Below, piece after piece: positions 24,201 to 33,700 of a stretch of DNA of 64,000 nucleotides (position 1 is the first letter of the stretch; every line of letters starts with the position of its first letter). Below the pieces are notes generated by a model. The model made no database searches. It was not told the origin of the DNA and saw only the letters and a program-made list of their open reading frames with translations. Made by a program: the position numbers and the translations under genes. This DNA is from Vicugna vicugna (Eukaryota): NCBI GenBank assembly GCA_013265495.1, contig MU058714.1, positions 744,001 through 808,000 on the forward strand, given 5' to 3'.

Positions 24201-26210
24201 ACAGCGGGGCCTCCAGCATGCGGAGGCCTCTGCCGGCCAGCTGCACACCCGGGCGGACCCCAGGTGCTGCGGGGACCGGGGCGGGGAGACGAGGCAGGAG
24301 TGAGTGGATGGGGCAGAGGGGGCCTTCCTGGTGAGGGAGACGGAATCCCTGCGGGGGCGCAGAAACAGCACCTCTTCAGGAATTCTGTTCCTCCTTCAGG
24401 CCTTAAACAGGTGCCAGCTGAAACACACCATCGCCCTCTGGCAGTTCCTCTCTGCCCACAAGTCTGAGCAACTGCTGCGACTGAGGAAGGTGGGTCCGCG
24501 CCGGGGAGCTGCCGCCTGCCCCTGGGCCCCGGGGAGCCGCCCGCCCAGCCACCCCTCGCCAGACTCACCTGCGTCATTTGTTCTCAATTCTTTCCAGGAG
24601 CCATTCGGGGACCTCATCCCAAGGTACGGAGTCGCGCTCAGCCCCGAACATGCGAAGCTGCTCAGCACCTTCCTAAACCAGACTGGCCTGGATGCCTTCC
24701 TCCTGGAGCTTCACGAGATGATGGTCCTGAAGCTGAAGACCCCACAGGCGGCGGAGAGTTTCAGCCCTCAGTGGAGGTGCGGGCTGGGCCGGGCACACAC
24801 CGGGCCTGCCGTCTCCCCGAGATCCCCACCCGCGCAGAAGCCCTGCCCATCTTGCAGAGCTCGGTTTCCTGCTGTTTTATAAACCACAAAGGCACGGATT
24901 CCCGGGCGGGGGTATAGTTCAGCGGCAGAGCACGTGCTGAGCACGCACAGGTCCTGGGTTCAACCCAGTGCCTCCACTCAAAGAAATAGGCCTAGTCTCC
25001 CCCACAATTAAAAAAGGTCACATATTCTCATTATGACAAGTGGACTTATTGTGTCAGCGAGACGTGAGTTTTGAATCTGGTAGGAAAGGCCACACCAGTG
25101 AGGAGTGCAGGGGAACACCCAGCCCTGGACATTGCCCATCTTTTGTAATTTTGCCGACCTGATGGCCCAGAGATGGTGCCTCAGTTTCCCTCGGGTTTCC
25201 CATCTGCTAGTGAGGCTGAAGGTGTCCATCAGCCGTCCATGTGCCTCGCTCTGAGCTGCCTCTCCATGTCCTTTGATTATTTTTCCTTGGGGCTCTGTGT
25301 CTTTTTCTGAGTTGTGAAAGATTACAGTTAGTCTTTTATCTCCCTGGTTGCAAATGCTGCGTCTTCATTTCATGAAGCCAAATCTGACAGAACCTTCCTG
25401 AGAGGATTCTGTAGGGAAATACAGATAAGGGTCCCACAGTCATAAACCACTCTCCCGTGCGCTTCCCTCGCGCTTTTATAGTTGTATATGTCGCATTCGT
25501 TTTGTTAACCAGCTTGTTTTCACGTGTGGCCTGAGGGAGGGATTTAACTGCTGTTTTTGTAAATAGTTGCACTCCAGCTTTCGCCACCAGTACGCTTCAG
25601 AACTTCTCTTCCTCCGTTACGCTCTGAGGCCTCGTGCCTGCACGTGTTTAGTCTTTGCACTTGTCGGTCTTTACGATCTGGACTTTGAGTGTAGGCAAAA
25701 GGATCCTTTCCTAGAGAACTTACGACCTTTACCAAAACAAATCATGAAACTGGAATTCAAGCTTTTTTCGAATAGGGGGGCTTCGTTTTCTGGAGAGCAG
25801 GTGTGCTGCTGTTACCAGACTGCCTAAGAGCACCTGAGCGCCCCTGATCCAGGCGAGCGCCGTCCCGCAGGGCGGGGGGCGGCAGGTGTGCGCCGGAACC
25901 TCGAGCCCCAGATTCTAGCGCCGGCTCAGCGACTCCGTGGGTGACGGACCTCACGCTGCTCCCGGCGTTTCTGGCCGCAGCGAGCACATCGGGCGTGCTG
26001 CCGGCCCGACGTGGGAGACTGTCTAACGCTGCCTCTTGTTGCTTGTTTTTCAGCCTGAGAGACACTCTGGTGAGCTACATGGAGACTAAAGACAGTGAGG
26101 TTCTTCTGCCCGACGTGGAGTCTCAGTTCCCAGAAGAGATCCTGCTGTCCAGCTGTGTCTCCGTGTGGAAAATGGCAGCCGAGCTGAAATGGAACCGACA
26201 AACAAGATAG
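72..26210 (+). CDS. RNF213: E3 ubiquitin ligase RNF213 (mysterin), 3' part: 29 coding exons, 5'-truncated by the window
   Basis: 29 exons join in consistent phase into 4224 nt with no internal stop. They contain a C3HC4 RING (CPVC..CDH..CLRC..CPFC), an RZ finger (TCPNGH..GECG..CVDC..IGG) and the C-terminus ...ELKWNRQTR*, recognised as RNF213. Adjacent to ENDOV as in human. Confidence 0.97.
560..741 (+). CDS. RNF213: RNF213 exon (GLDVLAAV...IQEVR)
   Basis: ccccag|GGT ... AG|gtgaga; 182 nt. Confidence 0.92.
1370..1490 (+). CDS. RNF213: RNF213 exon (THWSRIF...LLNK)
   Basis: gacag|A ... AAG|gtgagt; 121 nt. Confidence 0.92.
2100..2810 (-). mobile_element. Old LINE-1 (L1M) 3' fragment
   Basis: Typical antisense L1 text (GATGGACATTTGGGTCGTTTCCAC, TTTGCATTTCCC..GATGTTGAGCATTTTTTCA); boundaries approximate. 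Confidence 0.75.
2543..2636 (-). mobile_element. tRNA-derived SINE (camelid Vic-1-like) inserted in an L1 remnant
   Basis: Reverse complement has A box (TAGCTCAG), B box (GGTTCAATCCC) and an A tail. Confidence 0.75.
3918..4018 (+). CDS. RNF213: RNF213 exon (CLQEDSD...SKSFTR)
   Basis: ttcag|TGT ... CG|gtgagg; 101 nt. Confidence 0.92.
4129..4311 (+). CDS. RNF213: RNF213 RING-finger exon
   Basis: tctag|G ... AG|gtgaaa; encodes CPVCLGDAQDPACLPCDHVFCLRC...CPFC. Confidence 0.96.
4439..4578 (+). mobile_element. tRNA-derived SINE (Vic-1-like)
   Basis: GGCTCAGTGGTAGAGCG...GGGTTCAA...AAATAAATAAAC...CCTAATTAC; flanked by ACTGCTT on both sides. Confidence 0.8.
5198..5367 (+). CDS. RNF213: RNF213 exon (EVVWKHARFRQMCNSFF...DSFP)
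   Basis: cccag|G ... A|gtgagt; 170 nt. Confidence 0.93.
5464..5563 (+). CDS. RNF213: RNF213 exon (HREHTKSLSPF...LLKYS)
   Basis: ataag|GA ... AG|gtgagc; 100 nt. Confidence 0.9.
6385..6620 (+). mobile_element. LINE-1 3' UTR fragment (cetartiodactyl type)
   Basis: ACAGACATAGAAA..GTGGTTACTAAAGGGGAAGGG..TAAATTAGGAGTTT..ATAAAATAGATAAAC; boundaries approximate. Confidence 0.7.
6704..6845 (+). mobile_element. tRNA-derived SINE (Vic-1-like)
   Basis: Same A/B boxes and AAATAAACCTAATTACCTCCCCC tail. Confidence 0.8.
7347..7458 (+). CDS. RNF213: RNF213 exon (FCDVKDY...SCLE)
   Basis: catag|C ... GAG|gtaagc; 112 nt. Confidence 0.93.
8040..8241 (+). CDS. RNF213: RNF213 exon (DSMREK...LRDGS) ending at a GC donor
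   Basis: cctag|GAC ... TCAG|gcaagt; 202 nt, phase 1 matches the next exon. Confidence 0.88.
8461..8651 (+). CDS. RNF213: RNF213 exon (ILAEKQHF...VIEQQ)
   Basis: tgcag|AG ... CAG|gtgaga; 191 nt. Confidence 0.92.
9479..9601 (+). CDS. RNF213: RNF213 exon (KDHPSQVDRYL...TALE)
   Basis: tgcag|AAG ... GAG|gtagga; 123 nt. Confidence 0.92.
10392..10502 (+). CDS. RNF213: RNF213 exon (ACRTST...PKPQ)
   Basis: tccag|GCC ... CAG|gtgagt; 111 nt. Confidence 0.92.
10872..11016 (+). mobile_element. Diverged SINE of the same family
   Basis: Degenerate A/B boxes and an A-rich tail. Confidence 0.55.
11269..11508 (+). CDS. RNF213: RNF213 exon (QCEAVNK...SPENMA)
   Basis: gccag|CAA ... GCG|gtaaga; 240 nt. Confidence 0.93.
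11833..11914 (+). CDS. RNF213: RNF213 exon (NAFLPAMPEDLL...VHWY)
   Basis: ttcag|AAT ... A|gtaagt; 82 nt. Confidence 0.93.
12667..12701 (+). CDS. RNF213: RNF213 35-nt exon, first half of RZ finger (TCPNGHACAVGE)
   Basis: cgcag|CA ... GAG|gtgagt; phase fits both neighbours. Confidence 0.93.
13982..14076 (+). CDS. RNF213: RNF213 exon, second half of RZ finger (CGLPMEQSFCVDC...IGGKNH)
   Basis: cctag|TGC ... CA|gtatgt; 95 nt. Confidence 0.93.
14149..14169 (+). promoter_or_regulatory. RE1/NRSE (REST-binding) element
   Basis: TTCAGCACCGAGGACAGCACC fits NTYAGMRCCNNRGMSAG at every position. Confidence 0.7.
14380..14517 (+). mobile_element. tRNA-derived SINE (Vic-1-like) with target-site duplication
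   Basis: TSD AGAAATATGCT at 14369-14379 and 14518-14528. Confidence 0.88.
15080..15665. mobile_element. Two LINE-1 3' UTR fragments in opposite orientation (~15080-15315 minus, ~15390-15665 plus)
   Basis: Resemble the L1 3' end seen at 6385-6620; boundaries approximate. Confidence 0.6.
15837..15996 (+). CDS. RNF213: RNF213 exon (DNRDRTQTGHVLG...RHPQ)
   Basis: tccag|A ... CAG|gtacag; 160 nt. Confidence 0.93.
16561..16729 (+). CDS. RNF213: RNF213 exon (ALRNIIKPPV...EPHQ)
   Basis: cacag|GCT ... G|gtgagg; 169 nt. Confidence 0.9.
17286..17429 (-). mobile_element. tRNA-derived SINE (Vic-1-like) with target-site duplication
   Basis: TSD AGGTTTATTTCT at 17274-17285 and 17430-17441. Confidence 0.88.
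18087..18178 (+). CDS. RNF213: RNF213 exon (HLNFDA...LPELE)
   Basis: cgtag|GA ... GAG|gtgaga; 92 nt. Confidence 0.9.
18746..18994 (+). CDS. RNF213: RNF213 exon (RLDQTL...WRFLQK)
   Basis: cccag|CGT ... AAG|gtgagg; 249 nt. Confidence 0.94.
20082..20214 (+). CDS. RNF213: RNF213 exon (EAELRLVKFLPEIL...SHSS), probable equivalent of the human R4810-containing exon
   Basis: tctag|GAA ... G|gtagga; 133 nt; ninth exon from the end. Confidence 0.94.
20481..20718. repeat. Minisatellite, 14 x 17 bp (GGTGTYAYCCNGGGGYC-like)
   Basis: Units counted directly, e.g. ggtgtcaccccagggct / ggtgttaccctggggcc / ggtgtcaccctggggct. Confidence 0.93.
20743..20826 (+). CDS. RNF213: RNF213 exon (GLRELL...SLETN)
   Basis: gacag|AT ... 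G|gtaagt; 84 nt. Confidence 0.93.
21179..21359 (+). CDS. RNF213: RNF213 exon (EIKLPKDYC...KEDS)
   Basis: tgcag|GT ... AG|gtgggt; 181 nt. Confidence 0.92.
21641..21842 (+). CDS. RNF213: RNF213 exon (YSVDASEV...PRLTLR)
   Basis: tccag|C ... AGG|gtgagg; 202 nt. Confidence 0.93.
22939..23016 (+). CDS. RNF213: RNF213 exon (GIPTLV...KIPQ)
   Basis: tccag|GGA ... CAG|gtgatg; 78 nt. Confidence 0.93.
23370..23602 (-). mobile_element. LINE-1 3' end fragment
   Basis: TTTTAATTGAAGTGTAGTCAGTTACAGTGT..CCTGTGCTATATAG..CAAACTCCCAGATTTATCCC. Confidence 0.65.
23817..24011 (+). CDS. RNF213: RNF213 exon (DPLPNT...LVSK)
   Basis: cctag|GAC ... AAG|gtgggt; 195 nt. Confidence 0.93.
24400..24489 (+). CDS. RNF213: RNF213 exon (ALNRCQLKH...RLRK)
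   Basis: ttcag|GCC ... AAG|gtgggt; 90 nt. Confidence 0.93.
24598..24776 (+). CDS. RNF213: RNF213 exon (EPFGD...SPQW)
   Basis: tccag|GAG ... AG|gtgcgg; 179 nt. Confidence 0.92.
24904..25016 (+). mobile_element. tRNA-derived SINE (Vic-1-like)
   Basis: GGTATAGTTCAGCGGCAGAG...GGGTTCAA plus A tail. Confidence 0.75.
26054..26210 (+). CDS. RNF213: RNF213 last coding exon (LRDTLVSYM...WNRQTR*)
   Basis: ttcag|C ... TAG at 26208-26210. Confidence 0.95.
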
Positions 26211-27940
26211 GACAGCGTCCTGTCCCTGCAGGGACCAGGGCAGGGGAGCTCTCCCCTTCTCCCGGCAGGAGGGGCTCCATCCTGGGCGGTCACCTTTGCT
26301 GTTGGCGTAGCACTCAACTCAGGACCCGCTGGCTGCTTTCCGAGAGACAGGCCATTTCAGGAGCGTCGGTAAATTCAGAAACTAACTCATCACATTCTGA
26401 AGAGTGTTCACTGGGAGGCAAGAGCTAAAGATTACATGAAACTGGAATGAACCACCTTCCTCCATGTGCCAGGAGAGACCAAAACAGCCTCTCAGCTCCC
26501 GGGATAGGAGTGGTCTGTCCGAGACCTCCCAGCCTCTCAGCGTGCCCGTGCCCGGTCCCCAGCGCCTAGTTCCTCAGAGTTCACCTAGTAGGGGGGACAG
26601 GAAGTGGGGTTAAGTGATTTTTGCCTTTTTTTTTCCTAATTTATTCTGCACTCACAGAAGAGTATCTGGCTTTCTTCTTACTTCCACTCCTTTAAATTCT
26701 GAGTGTTATACATACATTTCTAGGCTTCCAAGCCATGAAAAAGTGCCAGCCTCTTCTGGTCTCCCCCCCGTACGAGTCAGGGCATTCTGTGAGCGCCCAG
26801 GCCAAACCAGCCCGCCCTCACCCGCGCCCTACACAGGTCACTGCCAAGCGTCAAAGGCCCAGAAGCTTTCGTTCTGAGGAGTCAAGGGTGCCGTGGGTGT
26901 CCTAGTCTCCTCCTCTACAAAGTGAAAGGGCTGGATTGAAGGCCAGCTCTCCTTCCTGCTCTAGCAAATTCTACATGAAAGTTTATCAGTGTCACGTTGG
27001 ACCAAGGACACGGTTCCGGCATTCTGCCGAATGCGCACGTGCGCTTGGTGTGCTCTGGACTCCCCCCGCTGCACAGCCCTCTGGTCCTTTCTTTGGGTCT
27101 CAACCAGGGCCTACAACCGAGACTCAGGGACAACACAAAGCCACTTAAGCTTCCAAGAAAGGAAAAAATAAAAAGAACAGTCAAGTCCCCGTGGCCTTGC
27201 GCTGCACTTCTCCCTAAAAGGGTCCTGTCTGTTTTTCAGAATCTGCCTGCGCACTCGTGACCGCTCTGGACTAATGCCTGCCCCCAGGTAGCCCGGCACT
27301 GGGGCAGCGGTTGTTTACGAGCCAGCGGTGTCTTTCACACACACTTTGAGTCGACGACTCGATCAACTTGAAATCGGGCCCGTGGGGTGGTGGGAGCTAC
27401 AGAAATAGAAGATGCCTGCCAGGGACACCCCGCGCCCTTGCGGCGCCCCTGGGGGAGCTGCAGGAGAAGCCAGACTCCATTTTCATTATTTCCGTTTCTC
27501 TTCAGCGTGTTTGACGAAGGGGTCCAGGATTTTATACAACAGCCACTTGCGTTTAGTAACCTATGATTACTGAGTCGTTCTATGCAAAGCCCCCCCCCCA
27601 ACACTGGGTCGGCTTCCTGGATTTCCAGCTTCAGGGATGTGGGGGGAGGGGCTGCTTGCTCATTGCTTCAGCTTGCACTTGGCCCTCCTGTGACACCTCA
27701 GCGCTGACACGGAGCTGGCCAGGCTGCGAAGACCTCGTTTGGGGGGAGGTTGAGGGGGTTGGGAGGCGCGGATTTTTTCCCCACTTTTATGGGTTTTGTT
27801 TTTTTTTTTGGATAAAGATACTTTGCTTTGTATGTGGTGCTTTCAGAGCACTAACTGTCATTACGCAGCATTATCTTGTTTGTACAAAAATACACTGGCC
27901 TTGCCCAAGCGGATGTAAGTTTTATCATCATACCTGTTTT

Positions 27941-27946
27941 AATAAA
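27941..27946 (+). terminator. Likely RNF213 polyadenylation signal (3' UTR ~1.75 kb)
   Basis: AATAAA in a U-rich context with upstream TGTA elements; an alternative AATAAA lies at 27167-27172. Confidence 0.6.
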
Positions 27947-29748
27947 CTGAGTTTTGCTGCTACAGGATCGTCTCTGGGGAGGAGACTTCACCGAGGCTTT
28001 GGGGAACTGTTTCGTTTGTGAAAATGTCCTTGCAGGGGGTATCCATGAAGTGGAAGGTTCTGGACAGAAAACGTACAGTCCGGTTTAAAACGTGACAGGG
28101 TAAACTTTTCCTCTGGAGAAGATGACAGCAGAGCTGAGGGCCCGGGGTGGAGTCTAACCTCCCGCCATCTCCAGGCTCAGGGCCAGAAGCTTAAGCCTGC
28201 GCCCCGGAAGGGCGTCCGCCCCTTCCGGCCTAACCTGGCTGTCCCGGGAGGTCACAGCCCTCCTGCTAAAGATGAGTAAGAGCTGACTGGCTGCCCGTGG
28301 GTTGGGCTGTGGGATGGAGAAAACAGCTCCTCAGCAAGAAGAGCTAGAGAGACATGAACGAGAAACCGCAAGCTTCCAGCAGCCCCCTTCCATCTGAGTG
28401 GCAAAACACCACTGTAGAGGAGAGCTGCATTTTCCCTTCCAAAAAGAAAAGGCTCCTGGAGAGAAACCCATGGTCTGGAACAGAGAAGAGATGCTGGTTC
28501 ACAGTGGAGATGCGTTCCCCGCCCCCGGCCATTCCCACAGTGTCCGAGTCAGGCCCACGGATCGTCCCCTCCTCAGCAGCTCCTCCCGGACCCGAGCCTC
28601 CCGTCCAGCCCCTCCTACAGCTCACGCTCCCTGGACGACGAGTGGACGTTCCCCTGCTGCAGTTCTTGCTTTAGGCCCGGGCGGAAGGTCACTAGGTTGG
28701 CGGTGGCTTAACCTGACGATCTTCCCAACTGACCCCGGTCTCCCCTTTAAGACCTTGCCCTGTGTGTCACTGGTGTGCCTCTCCTCAGCAGCTGTGGGGT
28801 TTCGCCGTCTGATAACCGAGACAGTCAGGAGCTAGTCCAGTTAGTCCTAGGCTCAGGCAATTCCAACCTGGAAACAAACTCCCAGGGATAAACAATCATC
28901 GTGAAAAAAGGGCCTCACTGGAGAGGTAAAGTGCCCCATGTGCCGCCAACGGGCGCCCCTCCAGCTCTGACTTCCTGTAAGGTCGCTGTGTCAGCTGGAA
29001 GCCGAGTAGCAGTTCCTCCAAGCCATGATCAGCATTTACATTGCTTTCTGCTCTGCCTAATCCCTCTGGTCACACTCAGTCCCGTTCTCAGGCATGATGA
29101 AGCCTGGTTCCAACTGGAAAAACCCCAGGAAAGGGCCTTCTCCCAAGAAAGCAAATGCTGACAAGACTCACACCTCATCAGACTGGAGTGTATTCTGGGG
29201 TAGCAGGATGCTGCTTCCTTGGGAGGAGCTGGAGTATTTCGGGAAGCCATCTGGGGCAAGAGCAGAGAGAAGCTGGAGGGGAAAGGGCCCAGCTGGAGCA
29301 GCCGGAAGCCGCCCCTGTGACTGCACGGCCCATGAAGACCTGCCTTGGCCCCTGCTCCCCCTCCCTCTGTGTTCCCTAGCGTTCCCTCCCCGTCGCCACT
29401 GCCTGTTCCCTGAAGCACAGCAGAACCTCAGCCCAGAGCACAGCTCCTTAACAGCCACCAACTTTGCCTCCATCTCCACAGGCCAGGGGGTGACTCCTAT
29501 TACCAAATCCGACGCTTCTGCGTCCTTCCTGCTGTGTAACATGACCAGGCAGGCCCAGGTGGACCCCAGAGTAAATCTTGGCTCTCACTCTATAACTCTC
29601 CCATGTGAAAGGTCCCCTCCCTGTACCAGAAGGGAGAGTTGAGGGCCTAGAAGGCGGTATAAGTAAACTCCAGTCTGTCTTCACCATTTACTGCCTGAAG
29701 CCCAAACCCCTCTGCCTTGTCAATTTTTCACGAATTCATTATTTCTTT

Positions 29749-30274
29749 TGTAACAGAAGAAAAACCTGACCCCGTGTAAGATCTATTCCTTTAGCTGTAC
29801 CCTGTGAGCTCTGTTGTCTGCTGAGTCATGCTGGCTCTGCACCTTCTATGAAAGAATGTTGCCTGTAGCCTGAAACAGGAGAGCCCATTCTCCATAGTCT
29901 TATCTTTAACGTATAAAACTTTCCCATTCATACAGTGATTAAAAAGTTGCAGAACAGAAAATAACGAATGTCTTGCTGGAGGTTTATAGGAACATTGTGA
30001 GCAGACCCACGTGGACAGCTGCAAGAACAAAGAATCCTGGCATGGAGAAGTTTGCAACAACCAGCCACAGACCACACCCTACTCCATCCTTTAGTATGAA
30101 AGAAGCCTGAATTCTAACTTGGGTAAAACGGTTTTTTTAGGGCACTAGTACACCATCTCCTCAGCCTGCTGGCTTTCCTAATAAAGAAATTCGCTATTCC
30201 TTGCCCCGACACCGCCTCTCTGGATTTTTTGGCCTGTCAGCCTGAGGAGCAGTATGAGCTCGGACTGGGTAACA
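29749..30274 (+). mobile_element. Solo ERV LTR (~526 bp)
   Basis: TGTAAC...GTAACA termini, TATAAAA near 29912, AATAAA near 30180; no clean TSD. Confidence 0.65.
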
Positions 30275-30675
30275 TTTCTCTAAAACGAATTAAGCTTCCC
30301 ACTGTGGTCACTTCTTGGTGTCTTCATTCTCCAGTGAAAGCTCCCCCGAACATGCAGAAATTCAATCAAATGTGTACACGTGCATTTCTCTGCAGACCTG
30401 CGTTTTTCAGTGCAACTTGCACACCCCGCCAGGGGCCCTGAAGCGGGACGACTTTCCTTCCTCGATGGCGGTGGGAAAGGCCGACTTGGACCCGCGGCGC
30501 CGGCGGCGGCGGCGGCGGCTCCTCCTCGGCGCGCCTCTCCAGCGGGGACCTCCGGCCACAAGGCGGCAGCATCCTGGGAGCCCCACCGAGCGCTGCCATG
30601 GCGACGGCGACGCCCGGCGCCTGCGCGCGGCGCTCCGGAAGTGACGCCACTGGAAGCGACGCTCAGGGCCGCGCC

Positions 30676-30731
30676 ATGGCTGCTAAGGTGGCGACGAGAC
30701 TGCCGGCGGAAACCCTGTCGCTCTGGAAACG
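30676..30731 (+). CDS. ENDOV: ENDOV exon 1 (MAAKVATRLPAETLSLWK)
   Basis: Kozak GCCATGG; CG|gtaatg; 56 nt. Confidence 0.9.
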
Positions 30732-33700
30732 GTAATGGGGCCGGGGGACGTGCAGGGTTCGGGGGCTGGAGCGACTCGGCTCTCCGCGGGCCTCGGGCCT
30801 CGTAACGCCCGGCTTTGGGGCCGCGGGGGCCGGAGCCCGCATCCGGCGTGCAGGCGGAAGGGCCTTCGGGAGTTGTGGCTTCCGGCCCCGCGTCCGGAGT
30901 TCCGGGGGAGGGGGGGCGAAACACGAGGGTCCCCCGGGCCGGACTCGGGTGCGGTGGGGGCGCGGTGTGAGGGCGGGAGGGTCCCCGGAAGAGCCCTGAC
31001 TGACTCCCGGGCCTGGACGCGTGTTTGTCCTCAGGGAGCAAGCCCGGCTGAAGGCCCTTGTCGTGGACCGGGACACGGAGGCGTGGCAGCGGGACCCCGC
31101 CTTCTCGGGCCTGCAGAGGGTCGGGGGCGTGGACGTGTCCTTTGTGAAGGGCGACAGTGTTGGCGCCTGCGCGTCCCTGGTGGTGCTTAGCTACCCTGAG
31201 CTCGAGGTAACCCCCGGGGGGCGCTGGCCAGGGGCCGCGCCGCTTGGGCTCGGGGTGCGTTAGTGGGAGAGGCGGGGCCCTAGGCAGGGAACGGTGCCAA
31301 GGTAGAACCCCGCTTCTCCTTTTGTGGAAGTTCGTTAATAAACTGGGAAGCTTTTGGCAAAAAGAGGAGGGGGATAAACTCTCAATAAATTCTGTGACTG
31401 AGGTACCGAATTAACGCATGATCTCCAGGTCTGGCCATCGTCTTGGGCTCCCCATGTCGGGGACCCACAGCAACACACTCCCAACTTACTCAAGCCGGAA
31501 ATCTCTTGTCTTCCCAGACTCCTCACAGTCAGTCACACACTAACTCCATTTTTTTCCACCCCCTAAATATCGCTGGAGTCTGTCCCCTGGTCAGCATCCC
31601 TGCTGCTCCTTCCCTGGCTGTGCCACTGTCACCTCTTCTGTAGGTGACAGGCAGAACCTTCACTGAGTTCCTGTTCCAGGCTGCAAGCAGAGCAGTTTTC
31701 CTAAAAAGCAAATGTGAGCAGGTCACCACCTAGTCCACTTGAAACCCTTAAGTGCCCATCTTGTGATCTCAAGGTCAATAAAAGTAACACTCACTCACAA
31801 AGCGCTTATAAGAGGCTTTCCAAGACCTGACCCCTGTTCAGTGTAACTTATCGTAGGCTCGGCCCTTGCTACCACCCACACTCCTTACCCTCTCCCCAGA
31901 CTGGAGGACTTCGGGTTCCTCAGACGTGCTGTGCTGTATCTGCCTGCCTCACTTTTGCAGTGAAGTTTCCTGTCCTAGAATGTTTTTCATCCGGCTAACT
32001 CTTCCTCATGTCTTTGGTCCTCAAGTAAGCCCCCCCTTCATCCTGCAGGTTCAGGAGTTGCGCCCAGCACCTTCTCCTTCCTCTTCACCACACTGGGATG
32101 GAATTGGCCTGTCTCCCCTACCAGAGTGTAAGCTCCACGATAGTAGGAGCCACTGCTGTTCTGCCCAGGGTTGTAGCCTTGGCACTTAGTTCCATGCCTG
32201 GCACGTAGAAGATGCTGGAGTAGATACTTGAAGGAACAGTGTGCCCATTATTCCTTTGGAGTGAACAGCTCAGGAAGCCTTGTCTAAAGAAGAGCCTTGA
32301 CAGGGAAATCTCAGGCTCTGCAGCTCCAGTGTGCCCCCCACCACCTGCTCCCAAAGCTGCGTCTTCCTGCCTCGGTGTCTTTTGCTTTACTTGGAAGACC
32401 CTGTAGTCAAAGTTTAGCAGAGATGTACTGATACCCAACTTGGAGTTTGATGGGGAGTAAACGAGGTCATGCCTGGAAAGCGCTAGCATAACGGGCACGT
32501 GGCACCTGTCACAGTGAGTGTCAGCCTCTGTTAACTCGGGGGACAGCTGCTCGCTTTTCAAGACCCGATTCACTTGTTCCCATTGCTCTGTCCCTTGCTC
32601 TAGCGGCAGAATTAGCTGTTCCCTCGTCTCTGTCCTTGACCTCTTTCTACACGTGTGCCGGTGCAGTACTTCTCACACCATGTTGAAGTTACCAGATTAC
32701 GAGATACTTGCGGATCTTATGGCCTGTGGTCAGAGCGCTCTTCCTGTTCCAACAGTCCTCCTCCCCTCATTACAGCAACTGTTTTAAGCAGAGTCTCCTT
32801 ATCTCAAAGAAAAGAAAAAGTTGGTTTATATTCTGTTTTTCTCACCATCTGCAGAGTCTCAAGGTTGGGGTTATGCCATATTTCTTCTGTAACCCCAGCT
32901 CTCAGCCAAGTGCTTGCTGCTTGGATGTGGTCAGCACTTGTTGCCCTGTGGTATAGAGGCTTAGACTGGGAAAGGATCTTGGAAGAGTCTGGCCCAGTGA
33001 CTCCCAAATGCCCAACCATGGATCTGTGCAGTTGCTCGGAAGTGTGTATAGAAATACAGATTCCGTAGGCAAATCCGTAGGGACAGAAAGTAGATTCATC
33101 GTTGCCAAGGGCTGGGGAGTGGGATGGATGAAGGGTGACTGCTAGTGGGGACAAGATGATTCTGAGGGTGGTGAAAATGTTCTAAAATTCAATTATGTTT
33201 ATGGTCGCACGACTCTAAACACCAGAAAGCACTGAAGATACTCTTCAAGTAACTTTATGGTAGTGAGCTGTATCTCAATAAAGTTATTTCAAAAAAAAAG
33301 GTTCCCGAACCCTACCTCGTTTACCGGTATTTGCCTTTTAAAAACAAACCAACAAACCTCTTCCCTGTGATTCCAGAGCAAAGCCAGGCTGAGTCACTGG
33401 TCTACCTTCCCCGCAGCTGGGAGTCCTTTCCTCAGCGTCCCTGACGAGTCGTGGCCTCACAATAGTCCATTGCACGGTCAGAGCCCTGGTCAGTGTGTTC
33501 TTTTCCCCACGGAGCTGAAATTGCCTGGTTGTGACTTCCGCCTTCAGGTCCAGAGCACAGAGCAAACGGTTCCCGCCCTCCTCTGCCAGCCCTCCCACTG
33601 TCAGCAGACAGCTCTGGGCTCTCCTGTCTTGTCTGCTCTGTCCTGAGAGTCTCACTGAGGTGACTTCCAGCTCCCTTGCCGGCCCTCCAACTGTGCCCGC

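Larger units (their letters stand above)
30480..31290. promoter_or_regulatory. CpG-island promoter of ENDOV
   Basis: Very CpG-dense, with a (GGC)n run, ETS-CRE composite CCGGAAGTGACG at 30635-30646 and X-box-like GCTGCCATGGCGAC at 30592-30605; spans exons 1-2. Confidence 0.85.

Noticed and set aside
30280..31041. 253-aa minus-strand ORF and other long ORFs over the ENDOV CpG island
   Set aside because: Pro/Ala/Arg/Gly-rich, as expected from stop-codon depletion in GC-rich DNA
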